NCBI GenBank assembly: GCA_963675595.2
Contig: CAXXLZ010000001.1
Location: 64,001 to 128,000, forward strand
Source: Thermodesulfobacteriota bacterium
GTDB taxonomy: Bacteria > Desulfobacterota > Desulfarculia > JACQYL01
DNA length: 64,000 nucleotides
Reading direction: 5' to 3'
Below are positions 31,901-40,701 of this stretch, piece by piece. The translations under genes and the position numbers were made by a program. The notes beneath the pieces are model-generated. The model did no database searches. It saw only the letters and a program-made list of their open reading frames with translations, and was not told the DNA's origin. Numbering within the stretch: the first letter of the stretch is position 1; every line of letters begins with the position of its first letter.

Positions 31901-33502
31901 CCACACGAATTCTTCGTCCAGTTCGCCGATACGGGTGTTGGGGCCCAACAGGCGGAGGTGGAAGTACCCCCGGTCCGGAATGGTGCCTCCCGAGCCGTAG
32001 AGAGCCGGGAGCGCGCCCTTGGTCGCCCGTACCGTGTGGTCCTCGCCGTCGATGGATACCCTGGGTTTGAGTTCGCGGATTCGGGTGCCGGCGTAGCGTC
32101 CGGCCAACATGTTGAGAACCAGGTCGAATTGCCGGCGTGGCAGATTTCGATACGGGTAACTCGTTCTGATTCGTGCGTACAAGTCGTCCCGGTTCCATGT
32201 CTCCGTACCCGTCATGGAGACGATTACCTGGGCGAGGACATCCAGCGGAGCTTCCACAGGGCGGAGTTCCTCAATGCTTTGAGACAGGATTTCCGGGGTC
32301 AGCACGGCCGCCTCGAGAAAGTCGCGACTGTGGGAAGGGAACAGGATGCCGCGACTTACTTCTCCCACCCGGTGTCCGGCCCTGCCGATCCTTTGGATGG
32401 CCGACGAGATGGAGGACGGGCATTGCACCAGAATCACTTCATCGATGTGGCCCACGTCAATGCCGAGTTCCAAGGAATGGGTGGCCACAATGGCTTTCAA
32501 ACGGCCGTCCTTGAGCCTTTGTTCCACTTCCTCACGGATTTCGCGGGCCAGTGAACCGTGATGGGCATAGGCCACGGGCTGTTCTTCGTGGAGATTCACC
32601 AGATAGGTGATCTTTTCGCAAAGCCTGCGGCTATTGACAAAAATCAGTGTTGAACGGTTCTTACTTATGATTCTTTTCAGATCGGCGGCAACGGCTGTCC
32701 AGAGCGATTCTTCAACGGTCGTGTCCACGACTTCTTCCGTGGATCGTACCTGAATGGAGAAACGTTTATTCCGTTCCGAACGTACAATGGAGACTTCACG
32801 CGGCACGCAGCGAGGCGGGTCGTCGTGATCGCCCTCCAACCGAAGTCCGCCTACAAACCGAGCCACGGTTTCCAGAGGACGAATCGTAGCGGACAGAGCG
32901 ATCCTCTGGAACTCGCCCGATAGTGGGATCAGGCGATCCACGGCAGTGATGAGGTGGGTGCCGCGCTTGGTTCCCACCACGGCATGGATTTCGTCCAGGA
33001 TGACGGTGGTAAGCCGGGTCAGGATCGATCGGCCGCCCATGGAGCTCAGCAGGAGGTTCAAACTCTCCGGTGTGGTAATCAGGATTTCCGGCGGATGAAG
33101 CACCATCCTTCTGCGGTCGCCCGGAGGCGTGTCTCCACTCCGTGTCAGTACCCGGATCGGAGGAAAGGGGATGCCTTCCGCCTCGAATTCTCGGCTCAGT
33201 TCATTCAGTGGAGCGACCAGGTTTCGTTGGACGTCGTTATTCAGGGCCTTGAGAGGCGAGACGTAAAGGATGCGTGTGACGTCCCGCTCAAGATGAACGG
33301 TGAGCAGGTCATGGATCGCCCACAGAAAGGCGGTGAGGGTTTTCCCGCTTCCGGTGGGGGCTGTGAGCAGTACATGCTCGCCGGCCGCGATTTTCGGCCA
33401 TGACCGCTCTTGGATGTCCGTGGGAGCGGTGAAGTTACGAAGAAACCACCGTCGAAGGAGCGGGTGAAACAGGGAAAGGGAAGTGTTTTCTAGTCGCGCC
33501 AA
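28967..33502 (-). CDS. lhr: Lhr-family ATP-dependent DNA helicase (full length)
   Basis: APTGSGKT, SPLKAL, DEIH, SAT, HHGSL, LELGID, QRIGRAGH, GGTIPDRG, IGELDEEFV and C-terminal LLDRYGIL. Start is approximate. Confidence 0.92.
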   Translation of the reverse strand: MARLENTSLSLFHPLLRRWFLRNFTAPTDIQERSWPKIAAGEHVLLTAPTGSGKTLTAFLWAIHDLLTVHLERDVTRILYVSPLKALNNDVQRNLVAPLNELSREFEAEGIPFPPIRVLTRSGDTPPGDRRRMVLHPPEILITTPESLNLLLSSMGGRSILTRLTTVILDEIHAVVGTKRGTHLITAVDRLIPLSGEFQRIALSATIRPLETVARFVGGLRLEGDHDDPPRCVPREVSIVRSERNKRFSIQVRSTEEVVDTTVEESLWTAVAADLKRIISKNRSTLIFVNSRRLCEKITYLVNLHEEQPVAYAHHGSLAREIREEVEQRLKDGRLKAIVATHSLELGIDVGHIDEVILVQCPSSISSAIQRIGRAGHRVGEVSRGILFPSHSRDFLEAAVLTPEILSQSIEELRPVEAPLDVLAQVIVSMTGTETWNRDDLYARIRTSYPYRNLPRRQFDLVLNMLAGRYAGTRIRELKPRVSIDGEDHTVRATKGALPALYGSGGTIPDRGYFHLRLLGPNTRIGELDEEFVWETRVGQTFTLGAQNWRVEKITHNDVLVAPGHPNAMAAPFWRGEEYHRDFHFSDKIACFLEDADGRLRDPDFRRHLEGECCMEPAAADRLIDYLKKQKEATGTALPHRHHVLVETIRKGAGTGSGNQIVIHTFWGGRLNLPFTLALEAAWEEAFGRHVEVFTGNDCVVLMSPHDEPPEELLSMVTSASVERLLASRLEGSGFFGARFRECAGRALLLPKGRFKERTPLWMNRLRARKLLDAVGRYEDFPMVLEAWRTCLKDEFDLESLKQVLAEIESGAVSWSHVRLNGPSPMAHSVTWRLVNQYMYMGDEPASARSSRLRDDLIREAVFDDALRPRVSAELVRRFEDKRMRTASGYPPDGPEELLDWVKERILIPLPEWNRLLQAAERDHEVPSRTLTEPIERKLVRLVPSRSGKPLIIARESFREISQYLYPDDDGLISEPFSPESSSASLGLPRRESVPEGSENHGETLAAEWASFYGPKPPTFLEETLGIDPDWGASVIDDLVDSKRWIRGRLLDDSDDDFICDGENFEILLRLGRAESVPAFEPLESRLLQPFLAHHQGLTVSDTNAEEALLRTIEQLEAVPLAADLWETEVLPARIPDYRPFMLDQAFQQTVLHWIGRPKRRVLFCFSPDMELLDEENKRPVSGDEETDAAPASDQEGKDDLSRLFPDPNGRYDFLTLLKNDETGSRKLWKAVWSGRVTNDTFAALRKGIETNFKIPASPQAGQTTTAARRRSRRGIYSRLRNAPPFPGSWYRLPRAETATGLIASEERNKDRVRTLLDRYGILFRQILDNEVPALRWNALFRTLRLMELSGEVLSGLFFQEIPGPQFISHEAFRALVKGIPEERVFWFNAADPASLCGIPIGHGKSSGAKRLPSNHLAYCGTDLVGVSRRNGSVLEFFVPCNDPRLPEIAGFLEHLLTRSVRPLRNIRVETINGEPAALSPYLGVLRSLFDVSADHKNVSLFRSAVPKARS

Positions 33503-33536
33503 AAAGTTTCCCGAAAATGGAATGGCGGGAAAAAGC

Positions 33537-34415
33537 CTAAGTGACCGGCCCGGTGACCTGAAACAACAACGAACGCCATACCGGATCGTCGTCCCAAACA
33601 CGGATCACGCGCACCGGAGCCGCCTGGACCCGATGGAGTACCTCTCTGGCTTCGGAACGAAGCAGGCCGCTAAGGAGAATCCAACGCCTCCGGAAGAATT
33701 CCGGATGCTTCAGCAGCGTTTCCTGGGCCGCGAAGTGTAGGTTGGCCACCAACAGGTCCGACGCCGTGGACACCGCTTCTTCCGCCGGGCCGCAGACGAC
33801 GTCCACCTGTTCGGACATTTCATTGAGTTCCACGTTTCTTCGGGCCGTTTCCACACACAGGGGGTTGAGGTCCACGGCCGTGATGCGGCATCGGGTCGTC
33901 CCGGATTCACAGGACAACCGGGCGGCCGCCAAGGCGAGGATTCCCGTGCCGGTGCCCAGGTCGAGAACTCTCAGGGGCGGATCTTTTTGCCATACCCACT
34001 CCAGTGCTGAAAGACAGTCCCGAGTGGTGGGATGCAGGCCGGTGCCGAACACCAAACCCGGATCCAATCTGATGAGAAACCGGTCAGCGGGTGTTTGCTC
34101 CTGAATCCAGTACGGGAGAATCCGGAAGGAACCGGCGTCCAGCGGTTCCAGCGCCTCCCTGCCCTGCCATTCCGCATAAGTCATCAAGTAGGAATCCGAG
34201 AGACGGAGGTCTTGGGACCGGGAAACCAATTCCCGGATCTTTTCCGGGGCGGGTTCGGAGAAGAACAGGATGGAGCTGTCCCCCTCGACCCAGCATCCGA
34301 GAAACCCGCCGTCTTCGGGCAGGCTTTCACGGGGGGGGATCCCTTCAAGATAGTAAATGTGAAGCTCGTCGTACGGTGCCGGCGGGATGATTCCGCCGTT
34401 CTTGTTCTGTGTCAT
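33537..34415 (-). CDS. PrmA-like (L11) SAM methyltransferase
   Basis: LDPGLVFGTGLHPTT, VLDLGTGTGIL and ANL motifs. Start uncertain. Confidence 0.85.
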   Translation of the reverse strand: MTQNKNGGIIPPAPYDELHIYYLEGIPPRESLPEDGGFLGCWVEGDSSILFFSEPAPEKIRELVSRSQDLRLSDSYLMTYAEWQGREALEPLDAGSFRILPYWIQEQTPADRFLIRLDPGLVFGTGLHPTTRDCLSALEWVWQKDPPLRVLDLGTGTGILALAAARLSCESGTTRCRITAVDLNPLCVETARRNVELNEMSEQVDVVCGPAEEAVSTASDLLVANLHFAAQETLLKHPEFFRRRWILLSGLLRSEAREVLHRVQAAPVRVIRVWDDDPVWRSLLFQVTGPVT

Positions 34416-34465
34416 CGGGATGCCTATAATGGTCGGAACTTCTCTGGAACTCAACGGAGTACTTC

Positions 34466-35041
34466 GTGAATTCGACCGGTTCTTCCTCTCGGCGTATGCT
34501 GATACTCGATCGTGACGGGGTCATCAATACAGCCCCGGAGGATTATGTCAAGTCTTGGGAGGAGTTCGAATTCCTGCCGGGTGTGCTGGAGGGCCTGGCG
34601 CTGCTTCACGGCAACGGATTTCGAGTGTTGGTGGCGACCAACCAAAGTTGCGTGGGGCGCGGGATCATCACACAAGAGGAATTGAACGTAATTCATCGGA
34701 ACATGATAAGTCGAGTCGAAGCGGCGGGAGGGCGCATCGAACGAATCTACCAATGCACCTGCAAACCGGATGACGGATGCGACTGCCGCAAGCCCAAACC
34801 GGGTATGCTCTTCGAGGCTGCGAAGGACTTTGATCTGGACCTGTCGCATTGTTTTTTCGCGGGAGACGCTTTGACGGACCTCAAGGCGGGGAAAACCGCG
34901 GGATGCCGGACCATCCTGGTGCTCACGGGTAAAGGGCTCAAAACGTTGGATCGCGTACGGCTCGGGGAAGAGCCGGCTCCGGATTTGGTGTTCTCCGACC
35001 TATCGGCAACGGCGGAGTGGCTGATCGGCAAGGCGGCCTAA
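34466..35041 (+). CDS. gmhB: D-glycero-D-manno-heptose-1,7-bisphosphate phosphatase
   Basis: LDRDGVIN, TNQS, CDCRKPKPGML, GD. Confidence 0.9.
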   Translation: MNSTGSSSRRMLILDRDGVINTAPEDYVKSWEEFEFLPGVLEGLALLHGNGFRVLVATNQSCVGRGIITQEELNVIHRNMISRVEAAGGRIERIYQCTCKPDDGCDCRKPKPGMLFEAAKDFDLDLSHCFFAGDALTDLKAGKTAGCRTILVLTGKGLKTLDRVRLGEEPAPDLVFSDLSATAEWLIGKAA

Positions 35042-35042
35042 A

Positions 35043-35185
35043 CGGCCGTTGAAAAATGCGATCCGCGCCGTTGCGCTTCATCTTTCGACTCTCCCGACGT
35101 ATTTCCAGGGACGACTACATCCCTCGGGATTTGCGCGCCTTGCAGGCCATCGTTTTTCACCGACGTACGGCATTTCAACGGACCG
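35043..35185 (+). mobile_element. ~145-bp MITE-like repeat, copy 1
   Basis: Terminal IR (C)GGCCGTTGAAA...TTTCAACGG; internal CGTTGCGCTTCATC and CCTCGGGATTTGCGCGCCTTGCA are shared with 51368-51518. Confidence 0.75.
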
Positions 35186-35248
35186 AGAAGACGCAGCCGG
35201 CCCCGCCCCAACCGAATGAAGACCTATGAACGGGGCGGGGCGGTCATT

Positions 35249-36400
35249 TCAGTTTTTCTTCGCGCTCACCTTCTGAAAAGACTCCACCAGCAGATCGGAC
35301 GCACGTTGGATCTGTTCCGGTGAGTTGAGGCGTCCCACGGTGAGACGGACGGCTCCTTTGCCCTGTTCCGGGGTAACACCCATGGCCGCGAGGACATGGC
35401 TCAGTTTGACCTGGTCCGAATGGCATGCCGCGCCGGTGGAGGCGTAAATTTCCGGAACGTCGGCGAGAACCTCTCCTCCCTGAACGTCGGGGAAGCCCAC
35501 GAAAAGCGTGTTGGGAAGACGATGCTCGGGATCGCCGAACAGGCGCAGACCGGGAACGCCCTCACTCAATTTCTTTTCCAGATCATCCCGAAGCTCTTTC
35601 ATGGTTGCGGGCCAGTGGGGCAGGTCTTTGTGCGCCGTTTCCGCGGCCGCGCCGATCGCGGCATCGAAAATGACGTTTTCGGTTCCCGCTCGGCGTCCCT
35701 TCTCTTGTGCGGCCCCATAAAGTAACCTGGGCATGTCGACTCCGTCACGCACGAAAAGGGCGCCGATTCCCTTGGGGGCGTAGAGCTTATGGCCGGCCAC
35801 GCTCAGAAAATCAATATTCAGTTCCCGGACGTCCACGGGAACCTTGCCGATGCTTTGGGCCGCATCCGTGTGAAAGAGCGTCTCTCGTTCGCGGCACAGG
35901 GCACCGATTTCCCGGATGGGCATGAGGACCCCGGTTTCGTTGTTGGCGTGCATGACGGTCACGAGAAATGTGGAAGGTCGGAGAGCACGGGCAACGTCCT
36001 GAGGGTCCACCCGACCTTTGCCGTCCACGGGCACGAAGGTCACGTCGAACCCGCGCGACATGAGTTCGAGACAGGGCTCCATGGTGGCGGGATGCTCCAC
36101 CGCGGTTGTGACGATGTGGTCTTTGACGCCCTGAAAGCGGGCCGCGAGGCCGAAGATCACCGTGTTGTTGGACTCGGTTCCCCCGGACGTAAAAAGGATT
36201 TCGGAGGGGTCCGCGCCCAGACAGGTCGCCAACCGTTCTCGGGCCTTGTCCACGGCATCACGAGCCCGGATTCCCAACGGAGTGGCGCTTGAGGGATTTC
36301 CGAAGTCATCGTGAAGAAACGGCTGCATGGCGAGGCGTACTTCATCGATCAAAGGCGTTGTACCGTTGTGGTCAAGATAGATCATGTACAGGTTCTCCAT
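35249..36400 (-). CDS. Class V PLP enzyme: cysteine desulfurase / selenocysteine lyase-like
   Basis: YLDHNGTTP, FGNPSS, FTSGGTE, HTDAAQ, AGHKLYAPKG and ASTGAACHS motifs. Confidence 0.92.
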   Translation of the reverse strand: MENLYMIYLDHNGTTPLIDEVRLAMQPFLHDDFGNPSSATPLGIRARDAVDKARERLATCLGADPSEILFTSGGTESNNTVIFGLAARFQGVKDHIVTTAVEHPATMEPCLELMSRGFDVTFVPVDGKGRVDPQDVARALRPSTFLVTVMHANNETGVLMPIREIGALCRERETLFHTDAAQSIGKVPVDVRELNIDFLSVAGHKLYAPKGIGALFVRDGVDMPRLLYGAAQEKGRRAGTENVIFDAAIGAAAETAHKDLPHWPATMKELRDDLEKKLSEGVPGLRLFGDPEHRLPNTLFVGFPDVQGGEVLADVPEIYASTGAACHSDQVKLSHVLAAMGVTPEQGKGAVRLTVGRLNSPEQIQRASDLLVESFQKVSAKKN

Positions 36401-36497
36401 GGCAGGGTCGGCTTGGTGGGAGAAAGCACGTAAAGGCCGTGCTCAGTGGACTTGGAAACGCGCCCTGTGAAAAGCCGCCGCCGGCTGGAAACGTAGT

Positions 36498-36944
36498 TTA
36501 CGACGATTCAACCGAGTCCGAAATGTTATCCAATCTGGGCACTGCCGGTTTGATATCCAGAATGGGCGTGCCGTCCAAGGCTTCCATGTAACGCACTTCG
36601 ATGCGACCGGGAGCGTAACTTAGAACCTCGACCACATGGTGACCGATGGGATTGGGCCTGTCGGGACTCCGAGTAGCGAATACGCCTCGTAAAGGATTGG
36701 CGGGGTCGCCCTTGGGATGAACCTGGAGCGTGTCACGGTCGGCAAGATGAAACCAGGTGAGCACAATCAGCTTCCGCTCGGTTTCGAGCCCCATCTCTCC
36801 GTGCCGATAGGGCTCGAACAGCTCCAGCACGGAGACGAGATCGGAGTCGCGACCCTGTTTGGGGGTTCCGTCCGGACTTTCCCACGGAGATCGAACCCGG
36901 CCGATAGGGTGGACCTCGAAGGTCTGTTCCTGGTATGTGCTCAT
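36498..36944 (-). CDS. trmO: tRNA m6t6A37 methyltransferase TrmO/TsaA family
   Basis: PIGRVRSP, RGVFATRSPDRPNPIG, LDGTPILDIKP. Confidence 0.88.
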   Translation of the reverse strand: MSTYQEQTFEVHPIGRVRSPWESPDGTPKQGRDSDLVSVLELFEPYRHGEMGLETERKLIVLTWFHLADRDTLQVHPKGDPANPLRGVFATRSPDRPNPIGHHVVEVLSYAPGRIEVRYMEALDGTPILDIKPAVPRLDNISDSVESS

Positions 36945-37035
36945 GTGAACACGTTCCCTTTTTTCTTGACTTCCCTGGGGTTTCAAATTAGTCATTTGTA
37001 AGAATCTTTATAAGTTACGGAAAGCGAGGTGCTTC

Positions 37036-37500
37036 ATGGTCTACAAAGACGTGCTGAAATCGATCGTCAGCGGCGTATATATCGTCACCGTGGAAGATCA
37101 TGGGAATCTGAACGGCATGACGGCCATCTGGGTGCATCAGGTATCCTATGAGCCTCAACTCGTGGGAGTTGCCGTTTCCCCGCTGAGGAGAACCCACGAC
37201 ATGATCCTTTCGAGCAAGAAGTTCACGGTTAACGTGCTTTCCGAGGGACAACAGGAGCAGGCTCGAAACTTCGGGTTCAAGACCGGCTACTCGACGGATA
37301 AGCTGGACGGCGTTTCTTTCACCAAGAGCGCCAACGGATGCCCCATTCTCCCCGATATCCACTCCTATTTCAACTGCAACCTGGTGAACAACTACAAGAT
37401 CGGTGACCACAGCCTGTTGATCGGAGAGGTGACCGGTGTTACCTTAGTAAACGAGGATGCGGGTCGTCTCGTGTTCGATCCCGATGATTATTTTGGTTAG
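37036..37500 (+). CDS. Flavin reductase-like FMN-binding protein
   Basis: GVYIVT, NGMTAIW, SYEPQLV, GDHSLLIGEV. Confidence 0.88.
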   Translation: MVYKDVLKSIVSGVYIVTVEDHGNLNGMTAIWVHQVSYEPQLVGVAVSPLRRTHDMILSSKKFTVNVLSEGQQEQARNFGFKTGYSTDKLDGVSFTKSANGCPILPDIHSYFNCNLVNNYKIGDHSLLIGEVTGVTLVNEDAGRLVFDPDDYFG

Positions 37501-37513
37501 GAAGTGATGTTCC

Positions 37514-37972
37514 ATGCTGCGGGAAGAAGGCATAGTCATAAGCACCCATGAGTACAGGGCCATGGTGACCACGCGCAGGGGCGATGCCTGCAGCGCGTGC
37601 AGCGCCAAAGGGGCGTGTCACGCCATGGGAGGCGGCAAAGAGATGGAAGTCGAGGCATTGAATTCGGCTCATGCTTCCGTGGGTGATCGGGTGGAGCTTT
37701 CTTTGCCCGAATCCTCCGTTCTCACCGCCTCCGTGCTCGTGTATCTGGTTCCCGTGGTGGCGCTTATTGTCGGTGCCATGTTCGGGCAATCAATGGCGCC
37801 TGCCTGGGGCTTGAGTAAGGAAAGCGGGGCCGTGATACTCGGAGTCGCTTCATTCGCGTTGGCTTTCTACATTGTTCGCCTAGTGGGTGCGAAGCTCGGG
37901 GCGGGCGACAAGTATTATCCCACCATTACGAAGGTGCTCCCGGCGGAAGAACCTCCGAAATGCTCGGTCTAG
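37514..37972 (+). CDS. RseC/MucC family protein
   Basis: EEGIV, CSACSAKGAC, VYLVP and two TM helices. Confidence 0.88.
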   Translation: MLREEGIVISTHEYRAMVTTRRGDACSACSAKGACHAMGGGKEMEVEALNSAHASVGDRVELSLPESSVLTASVLVYLVPVVALIVGAMFGQSMAPAWGLSKESGAVILGVASFALAFYIVRLVGAKLGAGDKYYPTITKVLPAEEPPKCSV

Positions 37973-38046
37973 CGATCGAATGAAGCGAGGTCGGGTCAAG
38001 GACGTCCGCCGGTGCTCCGGCTCCAGGAGAACCCAAGGAGGATACC

Positions 38047-38517
38047 GTGGTTTGGCAGCGAATTCTGATTGTTTTTGATCATACATCCAATGCAATAAAG
38101 GCCGTTGAATACGTGGGGCGCATGTTCGGTAAGGTGAGCGGAGCCGCTGTGACCCTCGTAGGTTTGTTCGAGAGCATCCCGGAACACGATCTGGAAGGCG
38201 ACGCTCCCGGTATGGAGAAACTCCGTGCTTCCATCAGCGCCATGGAAATCGAGAACGAGGAAGAGAAAAAGGCGTTGATCGCCGCCATTGATTCCTTGGC
38301 GGGGCAGGGGGTCGCCTGCGATCGTATCGATGTTCTAAAGGGCGAATCGGGTCACGCAAACGCCGAGGAAATCCTGTCCATAGCTCAAAAGGGAGACTAC
38401 GGAACGATCGTTATGGGCCACCACGAGAGCGGCGCACTGGCCGCGTTCATTTCGGGAGATCCCGAAACACAGCTCTTGCACAAGTTGGCCGGCCGTACGT
38501 TATGTATTGTGGCTTGA
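38047..38517 (+). CDS. Universal stress protein (UspA family)
   Basis: RILIVFDHTSNAIKAV, YGTIVMG, terminal LCIV. Confidence 0.85.
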   Translation: MVWQRILIVFDHTSNAIKAVEYVGRMFGKVSGAAVTLVGLFESIPEHDLEGDAPGMEKLRASISAMEIENEEEKKALIAAIDSLAGQGVACDRIDVLKGESGHANAEEILSIAQKGDYGTIVMGHHESGALAAFISGDPETQLLHKLAGRTLCIVA

Positions 38518-38598
38518 GCCGAACCGGGGGTTGGAACAAATACCGAGGATGATAGCCATGATCGCATAATGCCCTGAAGTTGCGGACTTGGATCACGG

Positions 38599-38639
38599 AA
38601 GGGGGAGAACGGCTTGACCGGTTCTTTCCCTCTTTTTTT
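38599..38639 (+). terminator. Putative intrinsic terminator after usp
   Basis: Imperfect stem AGGGGGAGAACGG/CCGGTTCTTTCCCT followed by T7. Confidence 0.55.
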
Positions 38640-38872
38640 GTTCTTCGAATCCCGGACGGCGAAGGGAGCCTTGAAGTGAAATGGGATCAGATTCCATGAG
38701 TACCGGTTGTGCCCGCATCGGACTCGTTTATGTCGCGGAATGCAGGTGTAGGGTTCCTGTGGGCCCGAAGAGAGGGACGCAACGGGCCGCGGAGCAAACG
38801 GGAGAGAAGGATTGGAGGATATCAGGGCGTCGAGGCGGTGGGATAGAACCCGGAAGGCGAGGGAAATAGAGC

Positions 38873-38920
38873 AAAAAAACCGGCCGGAGAGTCACTGGGG
38901 TCGTGATTCGTCTCCGGCCG
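38873..38920 (-). terminator. Intrinsic terminator ending the rnf operon
   Basis: Perfect stem CGGCCGGAGA/TCTCCGGCCG followed on the minus strand by GTTTTTTT, about 18 nt after the rnfA stop. Confidence 0.75.
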
Positions 38921-38938
38921 ATTGAAGATGTTCGGCGG

Positions 38939-39517
38939 TTACTTGACCAAGCCCGCGAAGCCGAGGAAGGACATGGAGAGCAGTCCGGCGGTGATGAGGC
39001 CCAAAGGAGTGCCTTCGAAAGGCTTGGGCACCTTCATCAAAGCGAATCTTTCTCGGATTCCCGCGAAGAGCACGAGCGCCAAGGCGAATCCAACGGCGGA
39101 AGCGAAGGAAAACACCAAGGTCTTCATGAAGTCGTATTTCTCGTTGATGTTGATGAGAGCGACACCGAGCACCGCGCAGTTGGTGGTGATGAGGGGAAGG
39201 AAGATACCCAATGCGCGATACAGGCCGGGAACGGACTTCTGGAGAAACATCTCGACGAACTGAACCAGGGCCGCAATAACCAGAATGAAGGCGATGGTCC
39301 TCAAGTAACCCAGGCCGAAGGGGTCCAGCAAATAGAACTGCACGACCCAGGTGATCACTCCGGCGAGAGTCGTGACGAAGATGACCGCCATGCCCATGCC
39401 CACGGCGGTATCCATGCTTTTGGAAACGCCGAGAAAGGGACAGTTGCCGAGATAGCGGGCAAGGAGAATGTTGTTTACGAAAATTGCGCTCACCAGGAGC
39501 AGGATGTATTCCGTCAT
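38939..39517 (-). CDS. rnfA: Rnf complex subunit A
   Basis: IFVNNILLARYLGNCPFLGVSK, LPLITTNCAVLG, FAGIRER. Confidence 0.95.
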   Translation of the reverse strand: MTEYILLLVSAIFVNNILLARYLGNCPFLGVSKSMDTAVGMGMAVIFVTTLAGVITWVVQFYLLDPFGLGYLRTIAFILVIAALVQFVEMFLQKSVPGLYRALGIFLPLITTNCAVLGVALININEKYDFMKTLVFSFASAVGFALALVLFAGIRERFALMKVPKPFEGTPLGLITAGLLSMSFLGFAGLVK

Positions 39518-39529
39518 GTCCTTAGGCTC

Positions 39530-40120
39530 CTATTTCTTGGTACCGATGATGTTCATGAAACCGAGGAGGAAACCGAGGCAAACAAAGGCTCCGGGGGCTT
39601 TCACCATGAAGGTGAAAGGCTCGAAAGAAGACCAGAGCACATGGGCTCCAAAGAGATTGCCGGCTCCCAGAAGCTCACGGATGGAGCCCAGTACGGTGAG
39701 GGAGGCGGTGAAGCCCAAGCCCATGCCCAAACCGTCGGCGACCGAATAGACCACGGAGTTCTTGGACGCGAAGGCCTCCGCGCGGCCGAGGACGATGCAG
39801 TTCACCACGATGAGAGGGATGAAGATACCGAGTATTTGGTACAAGGAGTAGAAGTAGGCCTGCATGGCCAGCTCGACGATAACCACGAAGGACGCGATGA
39901 TGACGATATAGGACGCGATGCGAACCTTGCTGGGGATGAATTTCCGCAGGAGGGACACCAGGATGTTTGAGCAGACCAGAACGAAGGTGGTGGCCAGCCC
40001 CATACCGATTCCATTCTTTGCGGCGGTGGTGACCGCCAATGTGGGACATAACCCCAGCACCAGACGGAAGGGAGGTATCTCCTTCCATAAACCTTTGGTG
40101 AATTCCGTGGCAAGACTCAT
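39530..40120 (-). CDS. rnfE: Rnf complex subunit E
   Basis: LGLCPTLAVTT, PLIVVNCIVLGRAEAFASK, PGAF. Confidence 0.95.
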   Translation of the reverse strand: MSLATEFTKGLWKEIPPFRLVLGLCPTLAVTTAAKNGIGMGLATTFVLVCSNILVSLLRKFIPSKVRIASYIVIIASFVVIVELAMQAYFYSLYQILGIFIPLIVVNCIVLGRAEAFASKNSVVYSVADGLGMGLGFTASLTVLGSIRELLGAGNLFGAHVLWSSFEPFTFMVKAPGAFVCLGFLLGFMNIIGTKK

Positions 40121-40701
40121 GACTTGGTCACCTCATCTTTGACTTTGGGGAAAAGCTCCATCGCGTCTCTCACGGCCTTAACCACCGCTGCGCTGGTTAT
40201 GGAGGCTCCGCTGATGGCATCCACTTTGCCTCCTTTGGAGGACAGTCCCACGGCCCCGAGGGAGAGACCTTTGAACTGAGCCGTGAACCAGGGCTCGGTG
40301 GAACGAGCGCCGAGACCCGGGGTTTCGGAATGGCTCATGATGGATACCGCGGCGAGGGAGCCGTCAATGTTCACGCCGACCATGACCGAAATCGGTCCGC
40401 CGTAGCCGATGGCCGACGAGTCGAAGGCGATGGTGGTCACTTTGCCGCCGGACTTGGCGGGGAAGAACTGCTTCTGGATGGGCTGTCCCTTGTCGTCCTT
40501 GCCCACGGTAAGAGTGACCCGGTCCATGACGGGATCATTATCGTATCCCGAAAGCACGGCCTTGATGGAGGGTTCCTTGACGAATTTCAGATAAGAATAC
40601 TCCCGGGGCTCCTCGGTGACCTGCTTAACGGTGGAAAGGGTCAGGCCGCTGGCCCCGCAGATGATTGTCAACACAATGACCATTCGGATGATGTCACGCA
40701 A
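40117..40701 (-). CDS. rnfG: Rnf complex subunit G
   Basis: N-terminal TM, GYGGPI, HSETPGLG, DAISGASITS (FMN-binding site with Ser). Confidence 0.92.
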   Translation of the reverse strand: MRDIIRMVIVLTIICGASGLTLSTVKQVTEEPREYSYLKFVKEPSIKAVLSGYDNDPVMDRVTLTVGKDDKGQPIQKQFFPAKSGGKVTTIAFDSSAIGYGGPISVMVGVNIDGSLAAVSIMSHSETPGLGARSTEPWFTAQFKGLSLGAVGLSSKGGKVDAISGASITSAAVVKAVRDAMELFPKVKDEVTKS

